Shown: positions 51,075-59,539, counted from the first letter of the stretch. The stretch is 64,000 bases of DNA from Patescibacteria group bacterium (GCA_049325535.1 JBMOKY010000001.1:877942-941941); one strand, 5' to 3'. The notes: generated from the sequence alone by a model not told the origin. Numbers and translations: made by a program.

Positions 51075-53378
51075 TCACGGTACCGACGGCTGTACACTGT
51101 TCTGCAACTGATTAAGTCGATCCGCCGCTTGGGTATTTCCCGGATCCAATTGCATCAGAGACTGTAATTCGGTCATCGCCCGGTCCCTCTGGTCCTGGGC
51201 CTCATAGATCAGCGAGCGCTGCCAGTACACACCTAGGTACCCCGGGGCCATATCCAGCACCTGCTGATAGCCCTGCAGCGCCGTATCATACTGCCCGGCC
51301 TCATAGTGGAGCGTGGCAAGCGCATACCGGGCATCGGGATTGTCCGGATACCGTGCGATTGTGGACTCTAAATGAGTGATGGCCTGCTCGGTATCTCCCA
51401 GCGTTTGATAGGCAAGGGCGATATTGAAATCCGCAATGATGAAATCCCGTTTCATCCCGGCAGCTTGACGAAAATCACCGATCGCCTGGGTGATGGCCGA
51501 CCGCGCTTCGTCGTTCAGCGCATCAGACTGCGGTGACTGCGCTGCCAGGAGCCGCGCCCGCCCGAGATTGAGCCGAATCAGTGGATCAGTAGGATTAAGC
51601 ACCGCGGCTTTTGCATATGCGGACACCGAGAGTTGATCGACATTGCTGACCACACCACGCAGCGTATCGTATACCGACGCTTCCCGCTCGGGAATCGTCG
51701 GATCAGCGACAAACCGAGTCTGCACGGAAATCAAAGTATCAATCACGACTTGGGCATACTGCTGAACCACCCCGTCAGTCTCGGCTCCCGATTCCTGGAT
51801 GGACCGTGCGTGCGCTGCGTATCCCTGAGCTTTCAGTAGATACAACCGCGCATCCCAGGGATTGTGACGCAATGCCACAGTGATTTCATCCACGATATCC
51901 TGAAACGGCGCCTGAGCAGCTATCTCGTCCTGAGCCCGAATAAAGTGCCGATCGGCATTCCAAACCATATACCCTCTCGCCACCACGACGACCAGTACCC
52001 CAGCGACTACGACTACCGGAACGATCCGCCACGGACCAAAACCCCCGGTGAATTTCCATATACCGCGTATGCGCCATACTCCATGCAATTCTCCGACACC
52101 GAGTATCAGCGCCAGCAATGCCCACCACCAGACCCAGTACACCACACTGACGTTTGCTACCATGCCAAATACCGTCATGCCCAGCCACGCAATACCCACG
52201 GTGCCAAGCCACATGTCCGACGGCGAATGCCGTTTGGATGGTCGTACTGCCTGATATACATGCCATACCACCCATCCACTGAGGAGCACCAGAAAAAACA
52301 CCGCGCCAACCCCCAGCATACTGACCATACCCAACCATTCACTGGACGATTTGACGAACCGGACATTCCACAGTGCCGTATCATTGAAACGCACTGGTCG
52401 CAATGAAGAAAAATCATAATAAAACGTCTGTGGCCCGCTCCCCCACAGTGGCGACTCAATCAAACGCTGTTGCGTGAGATATAATCCCGTATCAGCATCG
52501 AGGCTGACCTGCTCACTCACAACCGATGGCCGAAATGAGAAACCGGTACTCAGTAGCAATCCAGCGGCAATAACCACAGTAATCGTCGGTAGCACCACCC
52601 ACCAGCGTGAAAGCAGCCGGGAATGGATACTGGCATAGACAAACCACAACAGCCCCATGCCACCCAATAGGTACATCGGCACCACGACCTGATAACGATA
52701 TAGGACCACTGCTCCGAGGAGAGCAAGTGCCGCCGGTGCGATACGCCACTGTCGTGGAGCATACTGCAGGGTAACCATCCCGAAAAAAAGGACCACAGCA
52801 CTGATCAGCGATACCACGGCACTGGTGTTTGATAGGGGATTAAATTGGACACTATCAGTAATCCCCCCCGGGAGGATAAAACGCGATGACACCTGCAGCA
52901 GTGCGCTGCCCAATGCCAGACCGCTCCCTGCCAAAAGGGCGATGAAATACTGCCAGACGACACGCCACGTCGTGAGCGTATGGATTATGATCCAGGCACA
53001 TACGACGTAAGCCAGCATGATAATCATACCGGCATGATGAAATCCGCTTACCCCAACCAGACTGACGTACCAATTAAAGGAGAACGCGCCAGACACTACT
53101 ACAAACACGACGAAACCGCCGATGAGCCAGCCAAATGGCCGGCGGATCAATGGAAGCTGGTGCCGAAGTGCAGCATCAATGCAGAGCGCCACGGCCGCTA
53201 GACCAGTGATGATAACGAAAAAGAATGCCTTTGGGAATTCCACAGGTGCGCTGTTGCCCGGATAAAAAAAGAGTGGCACGCCAGCCAGCAAACAGATGAT
53301 CAGCCATTGTGCTACCGCAAGCCAAATCGTGGGCTGGTCACGATGAAATACGGACATGAATCGACTGAATACGCCCAT
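51075..53378 (-). CDS. Polytopic membrane protein with O-antigen-ligase-like (Wzy_C) domain and C-terminal TPR repeats (PglL/TfpO-like O-oligosaccharyltransferase candidate)
   Basis: 767-aa ORF with about 12 TM helices and an extracytoplasmic Wzy_C-type loop region. The C-terminal 300 aa contain TPR repeats (YLLKAQGYAAHARSIQ..., ALAYQTLGDTEQAITHLE..., YALATLHYEAGQYDTAL...). Confidence 0.7.
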   Translation of the reverse strand: MGVFSRFMSVFHRDQPTIWLAVAQWLIICLLAGVPLFFYPGNSAPVEFPKAFFFVIITGLAAVALCIDAALRHQLPLIRRPFGWLIGGFVVFVVVSGAFSFNWYVSLVGVSGFHHAGMIIMLAYVVCAWIIIHTLTTWRVVWQYFIALLAGSGLALGSALLQVSSRFILPGGITDSVQFNPLSNTSAVVSLISAVVLFFGMVTLQYAPRQWRIAPAALALLGAVVLYRYQVVVPMYLLGGMGLLWFVYASIHSRLLSRWWVVLPTITVVIAAGLLLSTGFSFRPSVVSEQVSLDADTGLYLTQQRLIESPLWGSGPQTFYYDFSSLRPVRFNDTALWNVRFVKSSSEWLGMVSMLGVGAVFFLVLLSGWVVWHVYQAVRPSKRHSPSDMWLGTVGIAWLGMTVFGMVANVSVVYWVWWWALLALILGVGELHGVWRIRGIWKFTGGFGPWRIVPVVVVAGVLVVVVARGYMVWNADRHFIRAQDEIAAQAPFQDIVDEITVALRHNPWDARLYLLKAQGYAAHARSIQESGAETDGVVQQYAQVVIDTLISVQTRFVADPTIPEREASVYDTLRGVVSNVDQLSVSAYAKAAVLNPTDPLIRLNLGRARLLAAQSPQSDALNDEARSAITQAIGDFRQAAGMKRDFIIADFNIALAYQTLGDTEQAITHLESTIARYPDNPDARYALATLHYEAGQYDTALQGYQQVLDMAPGYLGVYWQRSLIYEAQDQRDRAMTELQSLMQLDPGNTQAADRLNQLQNSVQPSVP

Positions 53379-53380
53379 GA

Positions 53381-54223
53381 CTAGGTAATTTTCTTAATAA
53401 TAGCGGTTAGTTCCTCCGCAGAATAAAAATGTATGGTAATGGTCCCCTGCCCACCCGATCGCCGCAGCTCAACTTTTGTCCCCAGTGCTTCCCGCAGGCG
53501 ATCTTCCTGAGCCGCCAGATTCGGATCTGCCTGAGTTCGCCGAGTATGCGTCCGTACCGTCACCCGTCGTGCCTGGGATTCGGCTACCCGCACCGTCAGT
53601 TTCTTTTCCATGATTTCCTTAAATAACCGATCGCGCTCCGCCTCATTGCGCACACTCAGCAGCACTTTGGCATGGCCCTCAGTCAACCGTCCGTCAGCCA
53701 GCGCTTCCTGCACCGGTCGCGGCAAACTCAGCATACGGACGGCATTGGCTACCGCTGCGCGGCTCTGGCCTACCTGTTTGGCCACCGCATCCTGAGTCAT
53801 ATTGAATTCATCGATCAATCGCTGATACCCCACCGCCTTATCAATCGGATTGAGGTTTTGGCGCTGTACATTTTCCACCAAAGCCAATTCCAGTTTTTGC
53901 TGCTCCGTTGCCGTCCGGACGATAGCTGGTACTTTTTTCTTGCCCAATATTTTTGCTGCGCGCAAGCGGCGTTCACCGGCAATCAGCTGGTACTGGCCAC
54001 CGTCCGCGATGACCACCAGCGGCTGGATGATGCCGTGTTCTTTGATAGACTGCACCAGATCTTCGAGCGCGTCATGGTCAAACTGCTGACGCGGCTGCTG
54101 TGAATTCGGCTTAATACGCTCCACCGGTACCTGTAGTACCGCATCAGCCGACGATCCCGCTGCCTGACCCGGGACCGGTGGGATCAATGAATTGAGACCA
54201 CGGCCGAGAGTTGTCGTGTTCAT
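53381..54223 (-). CDS. parB: Chromosome partitioning protein ParB (Spo0J)
   Basis: The ParB box (GERRLRAAK) and HTH are present, and the gene sits immediately downstream of parA. Confidence 0.9.
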   Translation of the reverse strand: MNTTTLGRGLNSLIPPVPGQAAGSSADAVLQVPVERIKPNSQQPRQQFDHDALEDLVQSIKEHGIIQPLVVIADGGQYQLIAGERRLRAAKILGKKKVPAIVRTATEQQKLELALVENVQRQNLNPIDKAVGYQRLIDEFNMTQDAVAKQVGQSRAAVANAVRMLSLPRPVQEALADGRLTEGHAKVLLSVRNEAERDRLFKEIMEKKLTVRVAESQARRVTVRTHTRRTQADPNLAAQEDRLREALGTKVELRRSGGQGTITIHFYSAEELTAIIKKIT

Positions 54224-54235
54224 AGCATTAGCTCC

Positions 54236-55021
54236 TTACCATTGAGATGGTATTTGTTGTTCATGATAATCAATAAATTCTTTCGCCAATCGCTCATAGG
54301 CTTTGGCGCCGGGCGACCGCTTGTCATAGTGAAAAATGCTTTTGCCAAAACTGGGGGCCTCAGCCAATTTCACGTTTCGCGGAATCACTGTCCGGAAAAT
54401 TTTATTGGGGAAATATTTATACAGCTCGTTGAAAATATCCTGGGACAATCGGTTCCGGTCATCGTACATCGTCATCACCGCTCCCAAAACTTGTAAATTT
54501 GGCTGCAACCGCTCCTGTATCAGCTGCACGGTCTGCAGCAGCTGCCCGAGCCCTTCCAGTGCATAGTACTCAGTCTGGACAGGGATAAGCACTTCGTCGG
54601 CGGCTACTAAACCATTGATGGTGAGCAGGCATAGTGACGGCGGATTATCGATGATGATGTAGTCATAATCATTGCGTACTTCAAGCGTAGCAGTATGCAG
54701 CCGATGCTCACGGCGCTCCAGACCGACCAATTCTACCCGCGCCCCCGCCAGATCAGCCGTAGCCGGCGCCAGGCTCAAACCATCGACGGTGGTCGGCTGA
54801 ATCACTTCCTTGATTGACACCTCAGTGACCAGGGGATGGTAGATACCCTGTTCTACCTGACGATAGTCGACGCCCAATCCTGAAGAAGCGTTGCCCTGAG
54901 GATCGAGGTCTACCAGCAATACATATTTACCCTGCCGTGCTAAATACACCGCAAGGTTAACCGCCGTGGTGGTCTTGCCGACGCCTCCTTTTTGATTCAC
55001 GATTGAGATAACTTTTGGCAT
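54236..55021 (-). CDS. parA: Chromosome partitioning ATPase ParA (Soj)
   Basis: Deviant Walker A motif KGGVGKTT in IVNQKGGVGKTTTAVNLA, typical ParA/Soj, at 261 aa. Confidence 0.95.
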   Translation of the reverse strand: MPKVISIVNQKGGVGKTTTAVNLAVYLARQGKYVLLVDLDPQGNASSGLGVDYRQVEQGIYHPLVTEVSIKEVIQPTTVDGLSLAPATADLAGARVELVGLERREHRLHTATLEVRNDYDYIIIDNPPSLCLLTINGLVAADEVLIPVQTEYYALEGLGQLLQTVQLIQERLQPNLQVLGAVMTMYDDRNRLSQDIFNELYKYFPNKIFRTVIPRNVKLAEAPSFGKSIFHYDKRSPGAKAYERLAKEFIDYHEQQIPSQW

Positions 55022-55052
55022 ACGATAGTGGCCTTAGTATAGCAGAAAAACG

Positions 55053-55082
55053 TTGACAAAAACAGTGGATTTCTAGTAGAAT
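55053..55082 (+). promoter_or_regulatory. Sigma70-like promoter TTGACA-N18-TAGAAT upstream of the tRNA-Leu fragment / GIY-YIG / tRNA-Leu unit
   Basis: TTGACA at 55053-55058 and TAGAAT at 55077-55082, about 25 nt upstream of the tRNA-Leu-like 5' fragment. Confidence 0.45.
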
Positions 55083-55107
55083 CATTCAGTATACACTCGT
55101 CACTCAG

Positions 55108-55168
55108 GCCGCCGTGGTGGAACTGGTAGACACGCACGACCTGCCTGCCGGCAGGCAGGCTCAAAATC
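55108..55168 (+). pseudogene. Duplicated 5' half of tRNA-Leu(CAA) interrupted by a 20-nt perfect palindrome; no 3' half
   Basis: 55108-55140 is identical over 33 nt to tRNA-Leu 55428-55460 (GCCGCCGTGGTGGAACTGGTAGACACGCACGAC). Next comes CTGCCTGCCGGCAGGCAGGC (palindrome 55140-55159), then the anticodon-loop sequence TCAAAATC. After that the sequence diverges into the GIY-YIG gene. Confidence 0.7.
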
Positions 55169-55188
55169 CCATGGAGCCAATCGCCAAC

Positions 55189-55422
55189 ATGTACGTCACC
55201 TACGCAATTAAGAGTCAAACAAAAAAATACCTCTACGTCGGACTTACCAATAATTTGACGAGGCGGTTAAAAGAACATAATCAGGGTCAGAATAAAACCA
55301 CAAGACCCTACAGGCCATTCAAGCTCGTTCTCCAGGAAACATATCAATCGCGAATTGAAGCAAGAAAACGAGAAAAGCAATTAAAAAGTGGGTACGGAAG
55401 AGAATATTTGAAAAAATTGTGA
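55189..55422 (+). CDS. Small GIY-YIG nuclease (YhbQ/UPF0213-like)
   Basis: The ORF is called from 55114, inside the tRNA fragment. Plausible starts are ATG 55171 (MEPIAN...) or ATG 55189 (MYVTYAIKSQTKKYLYVGLTNNLTRRLKEHN...). It carries the GIY (YVTY) and YIG (LYVGLT) motifs plus the conserved Arg and Glu, in a 77-83 aa protein like E. coli YhbQ. Confidence 0.8.
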   Translation: MYVTYAIKSQTKKYLYVGLTNNLTRRLKEHNQGQNKTTRPYRPFKLVLQETYQSRIEARKREKQLKSGYGREYLKKL

Positions 55423-55427
55423 CACAT

Positions 55428-55512
55428 GCCGCCGTGGTGGAACTGGTAGACACGCACGACTCAAAATCGTGTGAGGCGACTCATGTCGGTTCGAGTCCGA
55501 CCGGCGGCACCA
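55428..55512 (+). tRNA. tRNA-Leu (anticodon CAA), long variable arm, CCA encoded
   Basis: The sequence reads GCCGCCG-TG-GTGG-AACTGGTAGA-CACG-CACGA-CTCAAAA-TCGTG-[TGAGGCGACTCAT]-GTCGG-TTCGAGT-CCGAC-CGGCGGC-A-CCA, a type II tRNA. Confidence 0.85.
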
Positions 55513-55550
55513 CAAAAACCCCATACTCTTTCACGGGGTTATTTTTAGTC

Positions 55551-55627
55551 TGGTACCAGGGGTGGGATTCGAACCCACGACCTCGGGCTTATGAGTCCCA
55601 CGCTCTAACCAACTGAGCTACCCTGGC
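55551..55627 (-). tRNA. tRNA-Met (anticodon CAT; elongator Met or Ile2-lysidine type), CCA encoded
   Basis: The reverse complement reads GCCAGGG-TA-GCTC-AGTTGGTTA-GAGC-G-TGGGA-CTCATAA-GCCCG-AGGTC-GTGGG-TTCGAAT-CCCAC-CCCTGGT-A-CCA, with a G1-U72 pair. Confidence 0.8.
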
Positions 55628-55646
55628 TCATTGTTTTATGTCGGCT

Positions 55647-55721
55647 TGGTTGCGGGGGCGGGATTTGCACCCGCGATCTCCGGATTATGAGCCCGGCGAG
55701 ATTCTACTTCTCCACCCCGCG
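55647..55721 (-). tRNA. Initiator tRNA-fMet (anticodon CAT), CCA encoded
   Basis: The reverse complement reads C-GCGGGG-TG-GAGA-AGTAGAA-TCTC-G-CCGGG-CTCATAA-TCCGG-AGATC-GCGGG-TGCAAAT-CCCGC-CCCCGCA-A-CCA. The C1xA72 mismatch and G-C rich anticodon stem are initiator hallmarks. Confidence 0.8.
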
Positions 55722-55856
55722 ATATTGATAAGAGTCAGGCAGTGCGCCATTGACCGCCATACTGATGTGGTTGGCATTGTAATGGATATGACTCAATCGG
55801 TCAAGTGATGTCCGACGGGACTGGTCGCTTGAGAGAATATTCGCTATAGTTACGCC

Positions 55857-56747
55857 ATGCATACCCGTGCCTCACGAACGCCTATCGGCATCCTCATATA
55901 CACCCATGATCGAGTGGAGGATGCCCGGATTAATATGGATATCATCCGGAGTCTCTGGCACCATGCTGGGTTATTTTCGAATGTACGGATCGTCCACGCA
56001 TACAATGGGAAACGCAGCTGGTATCCCGAAAAATACCGGGAGGATATCGTGGTGAGAATAAAAAATACTGACCACTACCGTGGAGCGGCTGAACTCATCG
56101 ACGCAGGATGGTACGCGGTACGGCGGCACTATCCCGGCATCCGATACCTGGTGATTCTCGCGGCGGACACGTGGTGCATCAAACCCGCCTTTATCCGATC
56201 GATAATTGACCGAATGCAGCGCCAGCAAACGGTTTGGGCTACCTGCCCCTGGGGTCTGCCCGGCCGCTTCCGAGAAACCAATGTAGGCATGGCCACTGAT
56301 TTTCACATCGTGGACGTGGCCTGGGCAAACCGTTATGGATTTCTCCCGCTCCGGTACCGACAATTCTGGAATCAGTACCACGAAATAGTTTCATACCTCA
56401 GGCCCGGTGCCAATGTGTCAGTTGAAAAGCTGGCGCTGGCCCGATTTCACGATGCCTGCTTTCGTGAACACGGTGATGCCATTCACCGCAAAGAACAGGC
56501 TCGTCGTCGCACGCAGCTGATTACCGAACGCATGCCCGTACACTCCGGAAAAGACCGCCGAGGGTACTGGATTCGTTCCTGGTACTGGCCGCGCATCGGA
56601 CTGGTGACGCACCACCAACCAGGACCAAAACGAGTAATTCTCCGCCGCACAAAAAATATCTCTGGCTACGCGGTTGAAAAGCTCTTGCATGCCAAACGCC
56701 TCGACTACTACCAGACGTTTGCTACGACGAGGCAGTCATATGATTAG
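55857..56747 (+). CDS. Hypothetical Trp/Arg-rich cytoplasmic protein, no recognisable family
   Basis: 296-aa ORF with host-like GC and no TM helix or signal peptide. The N-terminal segment IGILIYTHDRVEDARINMDII...YLVILAADTW is vaguely nucleotide-binding/GT-A-like. It lies between the tRNA cluster and lgt. Confidence 0.5.
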   Translation: MHTRASRTPIGILIYTHDRVEDARINMDIIRSLWHHAGLFSNVRIVHAYNGKRSWYPEKYREDIVVRIKNTDHYRGAAELIDAGWYAVRRHYPGIRYLVILAADTWCIKPAFIRSIIDRMQRQQTVWATCPWGLPGRFRETNVGMATDFHIVDVAWANRYGFLPLRYRQFWNQYHEIVSYLRPGANVSVEKLALARFHDACFREHGDAIHRKEQARRRTQLITERMPVHSGKDRRGYWIRSWYWPRIGLVTHHQPGPKRVILRRTKNISGYAVEKLLHAKRLDYYQTFATTRQSYD

Positions 56748-57420
56748 GATGAGTAACGCGACGCCGTCTCGCCCAAAACACGATCGCCACGGCAATAAAC
56801 AGCAATGAAAGCCACTGTGACACGAGTAATGGGCCGACGTGCAGCATGCCCAGGCGGAGAAAATCTAAAAAAAATCGAACGCTTGGAAACAGCAAAAAAT
56901 ACAACAATACGTATTCGCCGGTACGAAGCGATTGCCGCCAGTACAGGAAAAACAACACACCGAACACGACCGCCATCAGCAGTGACTCGTAGAGAAAAAG
57001 CGGATGGAAATGGGTTGCGGTGACGTACCCCGGCAGGCGGTACGCTGGCTCTATCGGGATCGCCCAGGCCACGTCCGTCGGCCCACCATATAATTCTTGA
57101 TTAAAATAATTCCCCCACCGACCGATTGCCTGGGCTAGCGGAGCGGCCACCGCCAATATGTCCGCGATGCCCCAAAAAGCAAGCCGGTGGCGCCGCGTAT
57201 ACCACCAGAGCGTCAATATGTCGGCGATGAGTACCCCCTGGATGGCGATGCCGCCCCGCAGAAAAGAATCAAGAGTTTTTCTGATCGCCAGAGGCGGATC
57301 CGCTGTAGGAGAAAAAATAGGTTCTAATTTGGTTGTAAAGCAATACCAACGCAAACTTAAGTCGGCTTTTTTCGGCGTGACTAAAATACACACCCTGCAA
57401 TCAGTATAAACAGAATACAA
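56722..57420 (-). pseudogene. lgt: 5'-truncated lgt paralog (prolipoprotein diacylglyceryl transferase fragment); called N-terminal 54 codons derive from low-GC island DNA
   Basis: From 57259 leftwards it encodes the Lgt core and C-terminus, including the GRWGNYFNQELYG signature. It lacks the N-terminal ~90 aa (two TM helices) present in the full copy at 58751..59539. Upstream of 57260 the reading frame continues into AT-rich unrelated sequence. Confidence 0.65.
57063..57259. repeat. 197-bp perfect direct repeat (copy 1) shared by the two lgt genes
   Basis: 57063-57259 is 100% identical to 59071-59267. Identity decays gradually on the 3' side (about 85-90% for a further ~80 bp) and stops abruptly at 57260. 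Confidence 0.9.
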
Positions 57421-57425
57421 ATCGC

Positions 57426-58049
57426 CTATTTGCTATCCGCAACTACCTGTTCAAGTTTATTCTGATAACTATCAAGGCTAGTTTCAACGGCACCATCTTC
57501 ATGATTGATTCCGCGCACAACTCCATTCTCTATTGATAACTTGCCGAATGAGCCGTAATTAACATAGTATTCACCGACGATGCCTTCTTGATCTACCTGA
57601 CCAAGAAACAAAATGACACTTTCTGACTCCTCAAACGATGGAATATTCATACCCCAATACCACGCCTCCTCCGTTTCCCCTCCCTCAACTGCCACCGTTA
57701 TCTCCTTTCCGACCTTTATGTTTTCATTACTTTTATAGATTTTCTCCAATTTCAGGACAACAGAATGATACACTTCGCCTTGCGCTGTCTTATACGGTTT
57801 TTCAATTTTCTGGACTTGGCCTTGCACGATAATATCCGCTTGAGTAGCAATATTTGTAGTACTCGGATCGTTGGGTAAAAGACCGCTGATTTCAACCGAT
57901 GTTTTTCCTAAAAAATCAGTAGGTATGCGCTGCTGTAGATATGAATTAATTTCCTCTGCGTTTTCCTTTTGATCTAATTTCCACCAAATACCAACGCCGA
58001 TGAATAATATGATAAGGAACAATGGAATTACTAAATATTTTTTATTCAT
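57426..58049 (-). CDS. Hypothetical membrane-anchored protein (island cargo)
   Basis: 207-aa ORF with an N-terminal TM helix (YLVIPLFLIILFIGVGIWW) and a beta-rich ectodomain. The gene is AT-rich. Confidence 0.5.
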   Translation of the reverse strand: MNKKYLVIPLFLIILFIGVGIWWKLDQKENAEEINSYLQQRIPTDFLGKTSVEISGLLPNDPSTTNIATQADIIVQGQVQKIEKPYKTAQGEVYHSVVLKLEKIYKSNENIKVGKEITVAVEGGETEEAWYWGMNIPSFEESESVILFLGQVDQEGIVGEYYVNYGSFGKLSIENGVVRGINHEDGAVETSLDSYQNKLEQVVADSK

Positions 58050-58082
58050 ATATTATTTCTGTTACTTATAAAGTCAATCAAG

Positions 58083-58664
58083 CTAATAAATATAGTTAAT
58101 CCCATTAATATCGTCTCCTGCTAAAGTCCGCTTCCGAGTTTCACCCTCATAAGTAGTATAATACATGGTATCAAAAAAATCCCAATCGTTATACTGATCC
58201 CCAAGAACCAACCAGTGGCCAAACTCATGCGTAGTAACATTCCTGACATCATACATATCAGGCTCTCCACAGCACCCCCAGTCATATTTTGTATTAATAA
58301 TTAAGTCAACCTCAGTCAGAACTGAACCAGATCGACTTACAATATAAGTCTTTGCAACATCATCAAAGCTGCGATAATATCTCGAAACAGTATTCTTTCC
58401 ATCTCCCATATATAGAACATTATTCCCTTTAAACACAAACCGAAATGGTGACCCCGCAAAGCTCCAGGTGTCACCAGGAGCTGTTATTAAATTTGGATCC
58501 CAGCCAGCGATGTCATTATAGAATTCAGCCCTCGCGCCGCTCCAATAATAGCCGCCGTAGGTATAGGCCTCCCCGTCACCTGCTGGCACAAGAATAACAC
58601 CCAGTAAAACTAATATCGGCAACAAAAAAATCAACAATATACCTCTGCTTGAGATTTGTCGCAT
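58083..58664 (-). CDS. Secreted metzincin-like zinc metalloprotease (matrixin/snapalysin-like; HEFGHWLVLGD)
   Basis: 193-aa ORF with a signal peptide and an HExxHxxGxxD zinc site (the third ligand is Asp, as in M7 snapalysin). A Met-turn candidate DTMYY is present. The C-terminal GDDINGINYIY resembles the MMP DDxxGIQxLYG segment. Confidence 0.6.
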   Translation of the reverse strand: MRQISSRGILLIFLLPILVLLGVILVPAGDGEAYTYGGYYWSGARAEFYNDIAGWDPNLITAPGDTWSFAGSPFRFVFKGNNVLYMGDGKNTVSRYYRSFDDVAKTYIVSRSGSVLTEVDLIINTKYDWGCCGEPDMYDVRNVTTHEFGHWLVLGDQYNDWDFFDTMYYTTYEGETRKRTLAGDDINGINYIY

Positions 58665-58750
58665 ATATATTGATATATCAACTTAATAATAGCCCATTCC
58701 TGTAAAAAAAAATAATGACGACTTATCCACAGAGCTCATTACTAAATTAA

Positions 58751-59539
58751 TTAACCCTTACGCCTACTGCGACGGTACCACCACAATCCGATTGCACCAA
58801 TAATAAATGCAATACTAATCCACTGCGACAAGAGCAGCGGGCCCACCGCCAACATATCAATCCTCAGGAAATCCAACGAAAACCGAACCACGGGAAATAG
58901 CATAAAGTACAACAAGGTATATTCACCAGGTCGTAATGCTTGTTTGCAATATAACACATACATAACAATAAACAACTCCAGCATCAAGAGTGACTCATAG
59001 AGAAACAGCGGATGAAAATGGGTTGCGGCGGCGTACCCCGATAGGCGGTATGCTGGCTCTATCGGGATGGCCCAGGCCACGTCCGTCGGCCCACCATATA
59101 ATTCTTGATTAAAATAATTCCCCCACCGACCGATTGCCTGGGCTAGCGGAGCGGCCACCGCCAATATGTCCGCGATGCCCCAAAAAGCAAGCCGGTGGCG
59201 CCGCGTATACCACCAGAGCGTCAATATGTCGGCGATGAGTACCCCCTGGATGGCGATGCCGCCCCGCCAAAGCGCGGGGATCGCCCCTGGATTGGAACTG
59301 TAATATGACCATTCACCGATGATATGGCCGATGCGCCCACCAATCACACCAAAAACCAACAGCCAAAACAAGAGGCCATACATGTAGTCAAGCGATACAC
59401 CGCGTCGCACGAACCAGAACCGCGCCACCGCTAGTGCGGCCAGAACAGCGCCCGCGATGATAATTCCATACCAGGACAAGGTAAAAAACCCCAACTGAAA
59501 CGCCACGGCGGAAGGGCTAAACGTATGCCACCAATCCAT
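58751..59539 (-). CDS. lgt: Prolipoprotein diacylglyceryl transferase (full length)
   Basis: 262-aa ORF with 7 predicted TM helices, the Lgt signature GRWGNYFNQELYG and N-terminal MDWWHTFSP...LSWYGIII. Its 3' ~300 nt is low-GC. Confidence 0.9.
   Translation of the reverse strand: MDWWHTFSPSAVAFQLGFFTLSWYGIIIAGAVLAALAVARFWFVRRGVSLDYMYGLLFWLLVFGVIGGRIGHIIGEWSYYSSNPGAIPALWRGGIAIQGVLIADILTLWWYTRRHRLAFWGIADILAVAAPLAQAIGRWGNYFNQELYGGPTDVAWAIPIEPAYRLSGYAAATHFHPLFLYESLLMLELFIVMYVLYCKQALRPGEYTLLYFMLFPVVRFSLDFLRIDMLAVGPLLLSQWISIAFIIGAIGLWWYRRSRRKG
59071..59267. repeat. 197-bp perfect direct repeat (copy 2) inside the intact lgt
   Basis: Identical to 57063-57259. Confidence 0.9.

Larger units (their letters stand above)
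57260..59070. mobile_element. Low-GC (~40%) island inserted within lgt, bounded by the 197-bp direct repeats; no integrase present (remnant?)
   Basis: GC drops sharply relative to the flanks (~55%). The island encodes a membrane protein, a metzincin-like protease and the low-GC 3' end of the intact lgt copy. Confidence 0.4.

Noticed and set aside
55108-55512. Group I intron in tRNA-Leu, the classic cyanobacterial arrangement
   Set aside because: An intact, uninterrupted tRNA-Leu lies downstream. The intervening 290 nt is almost entirely the GIY-YIG ORF, which leaves no room for a ~250-nt group I ribozyme core. The architecture is therefore a 5'-half duplication, not an intron.
57260-57420. 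N-terminal 54 codons of the called lgt copy-1 ORF (MYSVYTDCRVCILVTPKK...)
   Set aside because: The sequence is AT-rich island DNA with no Lgt similarity and no TM helices. Lgt homology begins exactly at the 197-bp repeat boundary, so this is read-through, not a real N-terminus.
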